Shown here: positions 50,394 to 60,422 of the stretch, piece by piece
How positions within the stretch are numbered: position 1 is the first letter of the stretch
How the letters are laid out: every line of letters begins with the position of its first letter
Assembly: GCA_025055035.1 (NCBI GenBank)
Contig: JANWZB010000003.1
Span: 641 to 64,640, forward strand
Reading direction: 5' to 3'
Source: Candidatus Kapaibacterium sp.
GTDB taxonomy: Bacteria > Bacteroidota > Ignavibacteria > Kapaibacteriales > UBA4661
Length of the DNA: 64,000 nt
Translations under genes and position numbers: made by a program
Notes under the pieces: generated by a model
Database searches by the model: none
The model's input: only the letters and a program-made list of their open reading frames with translations
Told to the model about the DNA's origin: nothing

Positions 50394-51194
50394 ATGCGCG
50401 CAGTAGTTACTGTTAAGGTAGGAGGAAATGTCCTCGATGACGACACGCTGTGTTCATTGCTGTTGGACAGCCTTGCATCGTTGGGATTACCATGGATACT
50501 TGTTCACGGGGGTGGCAAATGTGCTACAGAACTTAGTACTCGTCTAGGCATTCAAACCAACATGATAGATGGTCGGCGAATTACCGACGCAGCAACCCTC
50601 GATATTGTAACAATGGTCTATGCTGGCCTTATCAATAAACGCTTGGTTGCTGGGTTACAAGCACGCGGAATCAATGCCCTTGGCGTTACTGGCGCAGATG
50701 CTAATCTCATTTGTGCCCGCAAGCGACAGCATCCTACACTTGATTATGGATTTGTAGGCGATATTGCTCGTGTCGATGTGGAGCGCTTGCTCGCAATGCT
50801 CCATACCAAGCTTTATCCAGTCATTGCCCCATTAACACATGATGGTCGAGGAACACTGCTAAATACAAATGCCGATACAATCGCTTCCGAACTTGCTTCA
50901 TCGCTTGCTACAGCGCTGGGGAATAGTGTACCAGTCCATCTCATTTATTGCTTTGAACAGCCCGGTGTCCTTCGCACTCTTGATGACTCTACATCAGTTA
51001 TTGGTTTGCTGACCAACAAAGAATACGAAGAGCTCAAGCGCTCTGGCAACATTACTCGTGGCATGATTCCTAAACTCGATAATGCATTTGCTGCTCTACG
51101 GCGAGGCGTTACTTCCGTAAATATTGCTCATGCTCGTGCACTGTCCTCGTTCACAACAACGCCTTCTATCGGAACAACACTCACACTTGCATGA
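50394..51194 (+). CDS. argB: acetylglutamate kinase
   Basis: VVKVGG...LVHGGG amino-acid kinase motifs, 266 aa. Confidence 0.8.
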   Translation: MRAVVTVKVGGNVLDDDTLCSLLLDSLASLGLPWILVHGGGKCATELSTRLGIQTNMIDGRRITDAATLDIVTMVYAGLINKRLVAGLQARGINALGVTGADANLICARKRQHPTLDYGFVGDIARVDVERLLAMLHTKLYPVIAPLTHDGRGTLLNTNADTIASELASSLATALGNSVPVHLIYCFEQPGVLRTLDDSTSVIGLLTNKEYEELKRSGNITRGMIPKLDNAFAALRRGVTSVNIAHARALSSFTTTPSIGTTLTLA

Positions 51195-52303
51195 AACGTT
51201 TGCATACCTCTGCTCTTGCGGAGCTTTTTCATGATGCCATTCAGCTTTTGCGTGCTCTCATTGCTACTCCTTCGCCAAGCCGTGAAGAACATGCAACAGC
51301 AACATTAATTCAAGAGTTCTTTGATGTGCGCTCTATTCCTACAGAGCGATACTGCAACAACGTGTGGTCGTATAACCGATACTACGATGCATCCAAGCCA
51401 ACCCTTCTTCTTAACTCACACCACGATACCGTCAAGCCTGTGCAAGGTTGGACGCGGTCTCCTTTCGATCCATGTATTGAAGATACACCAAGTGGCAAAG
51501 TACTCTTTGGGTTAGGAAGCAACGATGCAGGTGCCGCACTTGTTAGTCTTATAGCGGCATTTGTGCACTTCTATCACTGTGAAGAGCTGCCGTTTAACCT
51601 TATTCTTGCTGCGAGTGCAGAAGAAGAAATTATTGGGAATAACGGCGTAGAAGCTCTTCTTCCACACTTAGGCAGCATTGCTGCTGCAATTGTAGGTGAA
51701 CCAACAAACTGTGCAATGGCAGTTGCTGAAAAAGGGTTGCTTGTTCTTGACTGCACAGCACATGGTGTTGCAGGACATGCAGCTCGCACCACAGGAGTAA
51801 ATGCGATTGACAAAGCTCTACGTAATATACTATGGTTTCATTCGTTTCGGTTTCCCAGAGTATCTGAACAGCTTGGTCCTATTACAATGACTGTTACTGT
51901 AATCAACGCTGGAACGCAACACAATGTCATCCCGGATCGCTGCACGTTTGTTGTTGATGTCCGCACAACCGATGCCTACACCCACGAAGAGATTATTGCT
52001 ATCATTCGATCACATGTTGATTGTGATGTGCAGCCACGGTCGGTACGGTTACGTCCTTCATGCATTCCCCTCAACCATCCTCTTGTTCAGGCAGCACAGC
52101 AGCTTTCCATACCAACATTTGCTTCTGCTACCCTTTCAGATCAAGCAGTTATGCCTTTCCCTTCGGTGAAAATTGGACCGGGAAACTCAGAGCGTTCACA
52201 CACAGCCGATGAGCATATCTATCTTGCTGAAATAGAGCACGGTATAGCAACATACATTCACCTTCTCAACACACTGTGCACACTTGGGAGACTGAGTGCA
52301 TGA
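51191..52303 (+). CDS. argE: M20-family acetylornithine deacetylase / succinyl-diaminopimelate desuccinylase-like peptidase
   Basis: M20 metal-binding motifs (HHDTV, GSNDAG, EEE). ATGA overlap with the argB stop. Confidence 0.6.
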   Translation: MKRLHTSALAELFHDAIQLLRALIATPSPSREEHATATLIQEFFDVRSIPTERYCNNVWSYNRYYDASKPTLLLNSHHDTVKPVQGWTRSPFDPCIEDTPSGKVLFGLGSNDAGAALVSLIAAFVHFYHCEELPFNLILAASAEEEIIGNNGVEALLPHLGSIAAAIVGEPTNCAMAVAEKGLLVLDCTAHGVAGHAARTTGVNAIDKALRNILWFHSFRFPRVSEQLGPITMTVTVINAGTQHNVIPDRCTFVVDVRTTDAYTHEEIIAIIRSHVDCDVQPRSVRLRPSCIPLNHPLVQAAQQLSIPTFASATLSDQAVMPFPSVKIGPGNSERSHTADEHIYLAEIEHGIATYIHLLNTLCTLGRLSA

Positions 52304-52701
52304 TACCGCTTTCTCACATACGATGCTATTGCTTGAGTAAACCATACACGACAGAAGAATTACCCTTCAATGACATGACACTCGTTTATAAGGTACATGG
52401 CAAAATATTTGCCATAATGGCTCTCGATACGCAAGATTCGATCACGCTCAAGTGCATCCCTCTGGATGCACTAGAACGAAGAGCTTCATACGATAGCGTC
52501 CAGCCCGGCTACCACATGAATAAACAACACTGGATTACCGTCCCGCTCGACAGTTCTATTCCCGCACAACTGCTGTATACATGGATTGATGATTCGTACA
52601 GCCTTGTTGTTGCTGGTCTTCCCGTTGCACGGAAACAAGAAATAGTACAAGCACTTGCAGACTTGGCACAAAAAAGCGCTAATTCCCAAGAAAAAATTTG
52701 A
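52300..52701 (+). CDS. MmcQ/YjbR-family protein
   Basis: YCLSKPYTTEELPF...LVYKVHGKIFA family signature. ATGA overlap with the preceding stop. Confidence 0.55.
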   Translation: MIPLSHIRCYCLSKPYTTEELPFNDMTLVYKVHGKIFAIMALDTQDSITLKCIPLDALERRASYDSVQPGYHMNKQHWITVPLDSSIPAQLLYTWIDDSYSLVVAGLPVARKQEIVQALADLAQKSANSQEKI

Positions 52702-52731
52702 CAAGTCCGCAAAGCTTGTGTATTTTTGTAT
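52701..52731 (+). terminator. possible intrinsic terminator (ACAAG..CTTGT stem then GTATTTTTGTATT)
   Basis: 5-bp stem only, so a weak call. It begins at the yjbR-like stop. Confidence 0.3.
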
Positions 52732-52806
52732 TAAGAGTGCTTTATCTGAAATTATTGTTGAGTATGAAGTTTATTACGACAACTTCAATCGAGGAGACTA
52801 CTAGCT

Positions 52807-53283
52807 ATGATGCTTTCTAAAAGTTGCATTTACGGCGTACAAGCTGCAATTTACATGGCATCTCTTCCACGCAATGAGTATGTATCTATTCAGCAAATAG
52901 CTGCAAAGCTAAACATATCGTTCCACTTTCTCACAAAGGTGTTGCAGAACCTTACACAAGCAGGGTTACTTATTTCGTACCGTGGACCGAACGGCGGGGT
53001 AGCACTTGCACGTCCATCATCGCAAATCAGCCTTGCTGATGTGATTGACGCCATTGATGGTTCAGATATTTTTAAAGAATGCCTGCTAGGACTACCTGGA
53101 TGCGGAGTTGCCGATCCCTGTCCTGCCCATGAAAACTGGACGTCGATGCGTTCGCGCCTCCATCATTTGTGCTCAACTCTCACTCTGGAAGAGCTAGGCA
53201 AGCGTGCGAATCAACTGAATGTCCGTTTGGCTAACTCACGTGCACCTATCAATCCAGCAAAGCTTCTTACAGAAGCTCGATAA
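52807..53283 (+). CDS. Rrf2-family transcriptional regulator (IscR/NsrR-like)
   Basis: N-terminal wHTH with the Rrf2 signature. Cys cluster (CxxxxxxC...C) suggests Fe-S binding. Confidence 0.7.
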   Translation: MMLSKSCIYGVQAAIYMASLPRNEYVSIQQIAAKLNISFHFLTKVLQNLTQAGLLISYRGPNGGVALARPSSQISLADVIDAIDGSDIFKECLLGLPGCGVADPCPAHENWTSMRSRLHHLCSTLTLEELGKRANQLNVRLANSRAPINPAKLLTEAR

Positions 53284-53677
53284 ACTGTGTTGCTTTCGCA
53301 ATAGCAGAGTCTCGGGCACTTATTTTTTCACAAAGATAAAATAGTCTGAAATATGCAAAATACAGCATGCTATCTTACCAGGGGATATACCATCATGCAT
53401 ACACGCATGCACACCCTGAAACAATGGCTACTGAATGCCCTGCCTAGGCAAACAAATCATAGACGCGGAAGATTGACAAGGGGGATAGTCAGGGCTTCAG
53501 TTGCCATAATAAATACAATTCCTTGTTAAGGAGGATCAGAATTACACAAATGAACACATAATGCGTCCAATTCTCATACTTACACAACACATACTTACTG
53601 TATTACAAAAGTTGCGCAAAACAACCATTTTGTACCATCTTTGTATCACAACATATTTTTGACAAGGAGAATGACCT

Positions 53678-54130
53678 ATGCTACCAATCCATCGTATCCT
53701 CGTTCCGCATGATTTTTCTCAGCATGCCGAGCAAGCATTGGAATATGCAAAAGAAATTGGTATACCGCTCAAGGCAACACTACATTTGCTCCATGTCCTT
53801 GAGCCACTTACAACCTATGGTTCATGGGAAGGAATACCAATGACTGACTTAATAGGACGAGCCTTTGCACAAGCAGAAGAGAAGCTGCAGCAAATATCAT
53901 CAACACTTAATACTCTTGGCTTCGAGAGCGTTTATACTAAAGTCATGGAAGGTCATCCCGACATTGCTATCAATGGATACGCTGAACAACAAAGCATCGA
54001 CCTCATTATCATGGGTACACATGGTCGAAGGGGTCTTGAATACTTGCTCTTCGGCAGTACAACAGAGAAAGTTTTGCGCACAGCACCATGCTCAGTGCTT
54101 GCAGTACGCTTACCCAAAGACAACAAATAA
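53678..54130 (+). CDS. universal stress protein (UspA family)
   Basis: ILVPHDFS...IIMGTHGRRG...GSTTEKV UspA motifs. AAGGAG Shine-Dalgarno 8 nt upstream. Confidence 0.8.
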   Translation: MLPIHRILVPHDFSQHAEQALEYAKEIGIPLKATLHLLHVLEPLTTYGSWEGIPMTDLIGRAFAQAEEKLQQISSTLNTLGFESVYTKVMEGHPDIAINGYAEQQSIDLIIMGTHGRRGLEYLLFGSTTEKVLRTAPCSVLAVRLPKDNK

Positions 54131-54230
54131 TAGCGCTAGATTGAATATTTCTCTTGTTCAACTGTTTCCATATAGGTAGCTTTTTAGAAGACTCAACGAC
54201 TCTGCTATTGCTTTCATTTTCCCCACTTAC

Positions 54231-54653
54231 TTGGTTATTTCTATGAAAATGCTTCGCACCCTCTTACTATCCTGCTTAGTTGCAGGAGTATTCTTGACTA
54301 CATCACACGGTATAGCACAAAATAAAGCGAATGGTGAAAAAGTGTACAAAGCGTACTGTGCTACCTGTCATCAAGCAAATGGTCAAGGTCTTTCGACCGT
54401 GTATCCGCCACTTGCTAACTCGGACTATATTAAGAGCAAGCCCAAAAAGGAGATTATTAGCAGTGTTGTCAATGGCTTGAAAGGTGAAATCACTGTCAAC
54501 GGGAAAAAATACAATGGCGTTATGGTTGCCTTGCCCAAAAACTATACAGACCAAGACGCTGCCGACGTACTCACGTACATCTATAACTCTTGGGGCAATC
54601 CGGGTGGTACAGTAACAGTACAAGAAGTTAAAGCAGTACGCGGCAAGAAGTAG
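54231..54653 (+). CDS. monoheme class I c-type cytochrome with signal peptide
   Basis: CATCH heme-binding motif and a downstream Met ligand region. Confidence 0.7.
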   Translation: MVISMKMLRTLLLSCLVAGVFLTTSHGIAQNKANGEKVYKAYCATCHQANGQGLSTVYPPLANSDYIKSKPKKEIISSVVNGLKGEITVNGKKYNGVMVALPKNYTDQDAADVLTYIYNSWGNPGGTVTVQEVKAVRGKK

Positions 54654-54691
54654 AGAGCCCTCTTTATTATAGCATAAGTATACTTCGAACC

Positions 54692-54746
54692 TTTTTCGTA
54701 CGCGGCACAGAATGCTACAGAACTTTACCGTACTCTTTAGTAGCCT
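54692..54746. repeat. 11-bp perfect inverted repeat GCGGCACAGAA / TTCTGTGCCGC with 33-nt spacer
   Basis: Read directly at 54692-54702 and 54736-54746, between the cytochrome c gene and the OMP gene. Confidence 0.8.
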
Positions 54747-54833
54747 TCTGTGCCGCTCACTTTCTTATATTTCGAATTTTCCTCCAAGTACTAAGCCTCG
54801 CCTCCTATTATGTATCACAGCCTATGCCACCCT

Positions 54834-56069
54834 ATGCACATAGTCGTTGTTACTTTACTTGCTACACTCCTTGCTTCTATGGACCTTTATGCACAACACA
54901 GCGACATAGTCAAGGATACTGTGCCAGAACATACTCATGGCAAAGAAAAAGAATTTTACTACAGGGATTATTCAGTTGTATATGCGTTGTACAACGACAT
55001 CTTGAATTCGTCCGTAAATTGTAGAACGGCATCTAAAATGCTGGGTGATGCTTTCCATAGATTGTTATCAGCACACATAAGTAACGATTTGCTAAGAGGT
55101 ACTGTAGATTTTGCATGGACATTTGTAGTCAAGTGGTTTTCAATGCTATGGCCTCACGAGCTTGGCCATATGCTGAGAACTCAGCAGGTTGGTGGTATAT
55201 TTACGCTCGAACGATTCGTGTTTCCGGGGATAGTATCATCACTCACACTGCCCCAGAATGCATCTACTGAACATCACACCCTAGCACTTATCGGTGGATT
55301 TGAGGCAAACTACCTTACTGCCAGAGATATTCAATGCGATTTTCATCGCAGAAACGGTCTCTATAACGACGACATAGGGTTAGCGTTTGGTCATAGAATC
55401 ATGTATCCTCTGTATGCATTTGTCTTTGCTCCCCAAGACCCCAACAGTCCTCAAACGTGGCGAGCCGCTGGCGGTGATCCTATCAATTTTACTAAGCTTG
55501 TATGGGAACTAGGAAATAGACCCGTATTCAACCCCGATAGCAGTATCAATCAAGACCTTGTACATTTTTACAATCAAACTGTCCTTGTTTCAATTCTATG
55601 GAACATGCTCGATGGTAATTTTTACAAGGAGATACTTGCTTTTTTCGGGAATCAAGTGCAAGGGCAACAACCTATCTCATGGCGAACAGACTCATTTCAG
55701 TGGTCATATGGAACAGTATTTAATACATCCCCTCTTGGAGCGGAGCTATATCTGCATAATTACTTCACTGTACATCAAGCCTTTTACTCCATCTATTTGA
55801 AGTATGGCTTTCCGCTCAAAAACTATGGAATTGGTATTACTGCTACCGACGTATTACACTTCGATAGAGGAGGTCTTGATGTCCAAGCAGACGCTTGGAA
55901 TCAAGATCTGTATGGCATGGGATTCTGCCTTAGCAGTTTTGCCCATTACACTATCTTTGGCACGGTAGATTTGCATCTGCAGGCAGGATACAAAACGCAA
56001 GGCTATGTTCTCGGCAGACCTATTCAGAATGGACTTATAGGGTATGTGGGAATGCGCTATCGCTTTTAG
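54834..56069 (+). CDS. predicted outer-membrane protein with HExxH motif (function unknown)
   Basis: Signal peptide, HELGH at about aa 117 and a C-terminal ...YVGMRYRF ending in Phe. AT-rich. Confidence 0.4.
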   Translation: MHIVVVTLLATLLASMDLYAQHSDIVKDTVPEHTHGKEKEFYYRDYSVVYALYNDILNSSVNCRTASKMLGDAFHRLLSAHISNDLLRGTVDFAWTFVVKWFSMLWPHELGHMLRTQQVGGIFTLERFVFPGIVSSLTLPQNASTEHHTLALIGGFEANYLTARDIQCDFHRRNGLYNDDIGLAFGHRIMYPLYAFVFAPQDPNSPQTWRAAGGDPINFTKLVWELGNRPVFNPDSSINQDLVHFYNQTVLVSILWNMLDGNFYKEILAFFGNQVQGQQPISWRTDSFQWSYGTVFNTSPLGAELYLHNYFTVHQAFYSIYLKYGFPLKNYGIGITATDVLHFDRGGLDVQADAWNQDLYGMGFCLSSFAHYTIFGTVDLHLQAGYKTQGYVLGRPIQNGLIGYVGMRYRF

Positions 56070-57774
56070 TCAAGAACATTTTTCGCTCTCGCATGTACTG
56101 AACGATCTTTTTCCATGAATATGTATTGACAACAGCCGATGCTGGTATACCAGCTCTTCGTGCTACTGAAAGACCGAAGCGCATATATCCCAAGTCTTCA
56201 CAGCTATGCGCATCAGTATTAATAGCAAGAGCAATCCCCGCTTGATACGCTTTAGCAGCAATATCTGCACTAATGTCTAGCCGGTAGGGATTTGCATTGA
56301 TTTCTAAAATCTTACCGTGCTTGTATGCTGTTTCTAGTATGCAGTCCCAATCTACTTCATATCCTCTGCGCTTCAGCAAAAGCCTTCCTGTTGGATGTCC
56401 TAATATTGTCGTTGATGGGTGTTCAAGAGCACGTTTGATGCGTTCAGTCATGACTTCTCTTGTCATCGTTAACGCAGAGTGCACAGAAGCAACAACGATG
56501 TCAAATGTTTCGAGTAAGGAGTCAGGATAATCTAATGAGCCATCGGGCAGGATGTCTGATTCTATACCTTTCAGAATGCGAATACCAATTCTTTCGGCAT
56601 TGAGTTTATCAATTTCCTCATGCTGGCATTTAACACGTTCCTCGCTTAGTCCGTTGGCATATGATGCTGATCTGCTGTGATCGCAAATAGCTATGTACTC
56701 ATATCCTAACGCTCGAGCACGCTCTGCCATCTGCCGTATCGAATGCCTGCCATCGCTCCATGTTGTGTGTACATGTACTGCACCACGAATGTCCTTCATA
56801 CTGACAAGACTCGGCAAACGTTGTAGAAGAGTATTGTCCGTCAAAACAGATGGATCATAGCGCAGCTCTGGTGGAACATAAGGAATACCAGCACAATGAT
56901 ACAGCTCCTCTTCACTCGATAAGGATACAGATGTAGAAATTGCGTTTGCTAGCTTGTTCAAGAGCTCTGTATGAAACTTTAGCGATGAAGAATACCTGTG
57001 TAGCTCGATAATAAAACTCTCTGGTGCCACACATTGCACTCTTGTAGGGATTCCCCTAGTACTTGTCATCAGAAGTGTTACCCCGTCCCAGTGCCCGCTA
57101 CTACACTCTTCATCATGAGCACAACATTCCACAATCTGTTCGAAATGCTGAGTAGCAAGCAATATCACAATTTGTGAAACTGTCTCTTCACCTTGACGAA
57201 GTTCGCCGACAATTTCCGCAGAGCGGACGCTATGGCACCGACGAAACTTCTCGGACAGGCGTTCTGCCTCGTACGTAGCTGTATGCACATGGAAACGAGT
57301 GCATGCCTCGCGATACTCTGCTATTGCTTGCAGAATATTCGCCTGTGTTTTTGCACCGAAACCTTTGAGTGTGGCTATCTTTCCAGCTTTTGCAGCTTTT
57401 TCTAGATCATTTATTGACTCTACGCCAAGTTCTTTCCAAAGTAGGCGTACTTTTTTTGCACCTAAGCCTCGCAGCTGTGTTACTTCCAAGAGTGATTCAG
57501 GAACATGCTGTAGTATGCTACGATACTCTGCAAAAGATCCTGTGCAAGCAAACTCTTCAACAAGAGTTCGTATGCCTTTGCCAATGCCTGCTAATTGTAT
57601 TATATCAGCAAGCCGTACAGTTTCTCCGTCAAGGTGTTCTATAGTCTCCGCAGCATGAATAATGGCACGAACTTTGAACGGATTAGCGCCTGAAAGCTCT
57701 AAGAGTATTGCAAAATTGTGTAGTGTCTTAGTAAGCATTCGACGGTCAATAGTCGTATTTTCAAGCTGTTCCAT
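56035..57774 (-). CDS. polX: DNA polymerase X family protein with C-terminal PHP phosphoesterase domain
   Basis: HhH motifs, Pol-beta-like core, and PHP His/Asp motifs (HVHTTWSDG, DHS). 579 aa. Confidence 0.8.
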   Translation of the reverse strand: MEQLENTTIDRRMLTKTLHNFAILLELSGANPFKVRAIIHAAETIEHLDGETVRLADIIQLAGIGKGIRTLVEEFACTGSFAEYRSILQHVPESLLEVTQLRGLGAKKVRLLWKELGVESINDLEKAAKAGKIATLKGFGAKTQANILQAIAEYREACTRFHVHTATYEAERLSEKFRRCHSVRSAEIVGELRQGEETVSQIVILLATQHFEQIVECCAHDEECSSGHWDGVTLLMTSTRGIPTRVQCVAPESFIIELHRYSSSLKFHTELLNKLANAISTSVSLSSEEELYHCAGIPYVPPELRYDPSVLTDNTLLQRLPSLVSMKDIRGAVHVHTTWSDGRHSIRQMAERARALGYEYIAICDHSRSASYANGLSEERVKCQHEEIDKLNAERIGIRILKGIESDILPDGSLDYPDSLLETFDIVVASVHSALTMTREVMTERIKRALEHPSTTILGHPTGRLLLKRRGYEVDWDCILETAYKHGKILEINANPYRLDISADIAAKAYQAGIALAINTDAHSCEDLGYMRFGLSVARRAGIPASAVVNTYSWKKIVQYMRERKMFLTKSDSAFPHTL

Positions 57775-57906
57775 GAGAAACTATACCTAGAACGTAGCAT
57801 TTTGTAGATTAGCACATTTATCGTAGATTGGCGGTTCGTTTTTAGACTGTGTAATACCGTTTCATTTTGAAAATTTCTCTTTCCTAGGTTGCTAGAGTAA
57901 ATATCT

Positions 57907-58755
57907 ATGCGGATTGTTCCTGCAAATGGCAAATTTAGCCTAAAAAATGATGGTACATTGGAAATTTTTTTTCTTGGTGTCGGTTCTGCATTTGCCAAAA
58001 CATTGTACCAAACAAACTTTATCATCGTGCAGGGTGATACACACGTCGTTGTGGACTTTGGTATGACTGGACCAATAGCACTACATACCCTTGCAGGGCT
58101 TGAAATGTCGGGCATAGAAGTTATCTTGCCAACACATAGCCATGCAGACCACGTTGGTGGAATTGAATCTTTAGCATTAGCCAATCGCTATATTGCCCGA
58201 CGCATTATGGGAAAACCAAAGCTTAAAATGATTATCACGGAAGAGTATGAGCGTATTCTATGGGACATGACGCTGCGTGGTGGGCTAGAATGGAATGAAC
58301 AAGATGAAAATGGCAAAAAGCTCTCTTTTTATGACTACTTCGACCCTATTCGTCCGCAATGGAAAGGTGGACATGACCGAGAAACCTTTGAAGTACAAGT
58401 CGGGGATATTCATATTGAAATGTTTCGCACAAAGCATATTCCAGAGCAAGCCATAACATGGCAGGATTCCTTTATCTCATACGGTGTGTACATTAACCAC
58501 CGGGTTTTTATTTCTGCCGACACCCGCATGGATATTGACCTTCTTAATCACTACGCTCCAATTTCTGAGGTGATGTTTCATGATGTTCAATTCTTCTCTG
58601 GCGCCGTCCACACACCGCTCAGCGAACTACAGACGCTCCCAGCAGACGTCAAAAAGAAAATGTATTTCATTCACTATTCGGATAACTGGCAACAGCACCC
58701 AGCAGATGGCTTTGCAGGATATGCTCAGCAAGGATATCGCTATATCTTTGACTAA
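57907..58755 (+). CDS. MBL-fold metallo-hydrolase
   Basis: HSHADHVGG motif. Confidence 0.65.
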   Translation: MRIVPANGKFSLKNDGTLEIFFLGVGSAFAKTLYQTNFIIVQGDTHVVVDFGMTGPIALHTLAGLEMSGIEVILPTHSHADHVGGIESLALANRYIARRIMGKPKLKMIITEEYERILWDMTLRGGLEWNEQDENGKKLSFYDYFDPIRPQWKGGHDRETFEVQVGDIHIEMFRTKHIPEQAITWQDSFISYGVYINHRVFISADTRMDIDLLNHYAPISEVMFHDVQFFSGAVHTPLSELQTLPADVKKKMYFIHYSDNWQQHPADGFAGYAQQGYRYIFD

Positions 58756-58819
58756 TCACACGAGCTAGATATCACTTCGTATGATTGTTTCGTTACTTTC
58801 TCACTAGGTAATTCTCAGA

Positions 58820-59599
58820 TTGCTTATGATCTATTCGACACTTCTTCTTGACCGTTCCTCCTATCCTTCTGTCGCAATACTTACACTCAACCGACCTGAC
58901 AAGCGCAACGCACTCAATCCTACACTGATTAGTGAAATTACTCATGCTTTTACGGCACTTGCGCACGATGATAGCATCAAAGTTATTATTCTTGCAGCCA
59001 ATGGCAAGGCATTTTGTGCGGGTATGGATTTGGCATACTTACAAGAAATCTCGCGAAACTCTGTTATGCAAAACAAAGCAGATTCACGACGGTTCCACGA
59101 TATGCTATCAGCAATTTACACCTGCCCGAAGCCTGTTATTGCTCGTGTGCAAGGAGCTGCAATAGCAGGAGGCTGCGGCATTGCATCTGTGTGCGATATT
59201 GTTGTTGCATCGCGCGAGAAGGCTCTCTTTGGTTACTCGGAGGTAAAAATTGGCTTCATTCCTGCTATTGTTTCTGTGTATTTAGTACGACGCATTGGCG
59301 GAACACACGCTCAACGCTTGCTACTCACCGCAGAAAATGTAAGTGCTGATGAAGCACACCGACTAGGTTTTGTAACGTATGTCGCCGATGATGCAGCACT
59401 TGATACCACTGTCATGAATACTGCTCAGATGCTTACTGCTAACAGCTCTTCAGCAATGGCGCTTACAAAAGAAATTCTTGGTAACCTCTCTGGTATGTCG
59501 TTGCATGCAGCATTAGATTATGCTTGCTCGATGAACGCTATTGCCCGCACAACGGAAGATTTTCAACGCGGTATAGCAAGTTTCCTTGAAAAACACTAG
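58820..59599 (+). CDS. enoyl-CoA hydratase/isomerase (crotonase family)
   Basis: LTLNRPDKRNALN and AAGCGIASVCD motifs. Paralog of the 8632 gene. Confidence 0.75.
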   Translation: MLMIYSTLLLDRSSYPSVAILTLNRPDKRNALNPTLISEITHAFTALAHDDSIKVIILAANGKAFCAGMDLAYLQEISRNSVMQNKADSRRFHDMLSAIYTCPKPVIARVQGAAIAGGCGIASVCDIVVASREKALFGYSEVKIGFIPAIVSVYLVRRIGGTHAQRLLLTAENVSADEAHRLGFVTYVADDAALDTTVMNTAQMLTANSSSAMALTKEILGNLSGMSLHAALDYACSMNAIARTTEDFQRGIASFLEKH

Positions 59600-59664
59600 A
59601 TTTGCTCTTGTAGTTTACTTTCCGCAGCATATTTTCGTTCACTGCCATTGAGGAGACACACTCT

Positions 59665-60345
59665 ATGACCATCACCTACTACGGGCACGCCTGCTTTCAA
59701 GTCGAAACAGCAGGAAAGCGTCTTCTTTTTGACCCATTCATTACACCTAATGAGCTTGCGCAACACATCGACATCAACACCATTACTCCTGACTATGTTC
59801 TGATTTCTCATGGGCACTCTGACCATATTCACGATGCTGTCAGTATTCTTCAGCGCTCTGGTGCAACAGCAATATGTGCGTGGGAAATTATGGGCTGGCT
59901 TAATAAGCATGGAATTGAAAAAGTCCACCCGATGAACACAGGAGGGAAATGGACATTCGACTTTGGCACAGTACAATGCACTGTTGCTCACCATTCCAGT
60001 AGCCTGCCCGACGGTAGCTATGGCGGTAATCCTATGGGCTTTGTTGTGCAAACAAGTGAAGGCGCATTCTACTACTCAGGTGATACTGCTCTCACACTCG
60101 ATATGAAGCTCATCGGCGACCGATATAACCTACGCATAGCACTGCTACCTATCGGTAACAACTTCACTATGGGCATCGACGATGCTATTACTGCCGCTGA
60201 GTTTATCAAGTGCAACACCATTATTGGCGTACACTACGATACATTCGGCTTTATCAAAATTCATCACGACGAAGCAAAAACTGCCTTCAGCAAGGCAGGA
60301 AAGACATTAACACTCCTTGATATTGGGACATCTATCACTATCTAA
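59665..60345 (+). CDS. UPF0173-type metal-dependent hydrolase (MBL fold)
   Basis: MTITYYGHACFQVE...ISHGHSDH motifs, 226 aa. Confidence 0.65.
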   Translation: MTITYYGHACFQVETAGKRLLFDPFITPNELAQHIDINTITPDYVLISHGHSDHIHDAVSILQRSGATAICAWEIMGWLNKHGIEKVHPMNTGGKWTFDFGTVQCTVAHHSSSLPDGSYGGNPMGFVVQTSEGAFYYSGDTALTLDMKLIGDRYNLRIALLPIGNNFTMGIDDAITAAEFIKCNTIIGVHYDTFGFIKIHHDEAKTAFSKAGKTLTLLDIGTSITI

Positions 60346-60422
60346 GCCTTTCTATCCAAGCACACTATGCGGGGCATCGTCTTCTTGACACTTCATCTTA
60401 TGCTCCGCATAGCCTGCTGTGC

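Noticed and set aside
53397-53531. 44-codon ORF (MHTRMHTLKQWLLNALPRQTNHRRGRLTRGIVRASVAIINTIPC) in the AT-rich uspA upstream region.
   Set aside because: No ribosome-binding site, no homology signal, basic low-complexity composition. There is not enough evidence to call a small protein.
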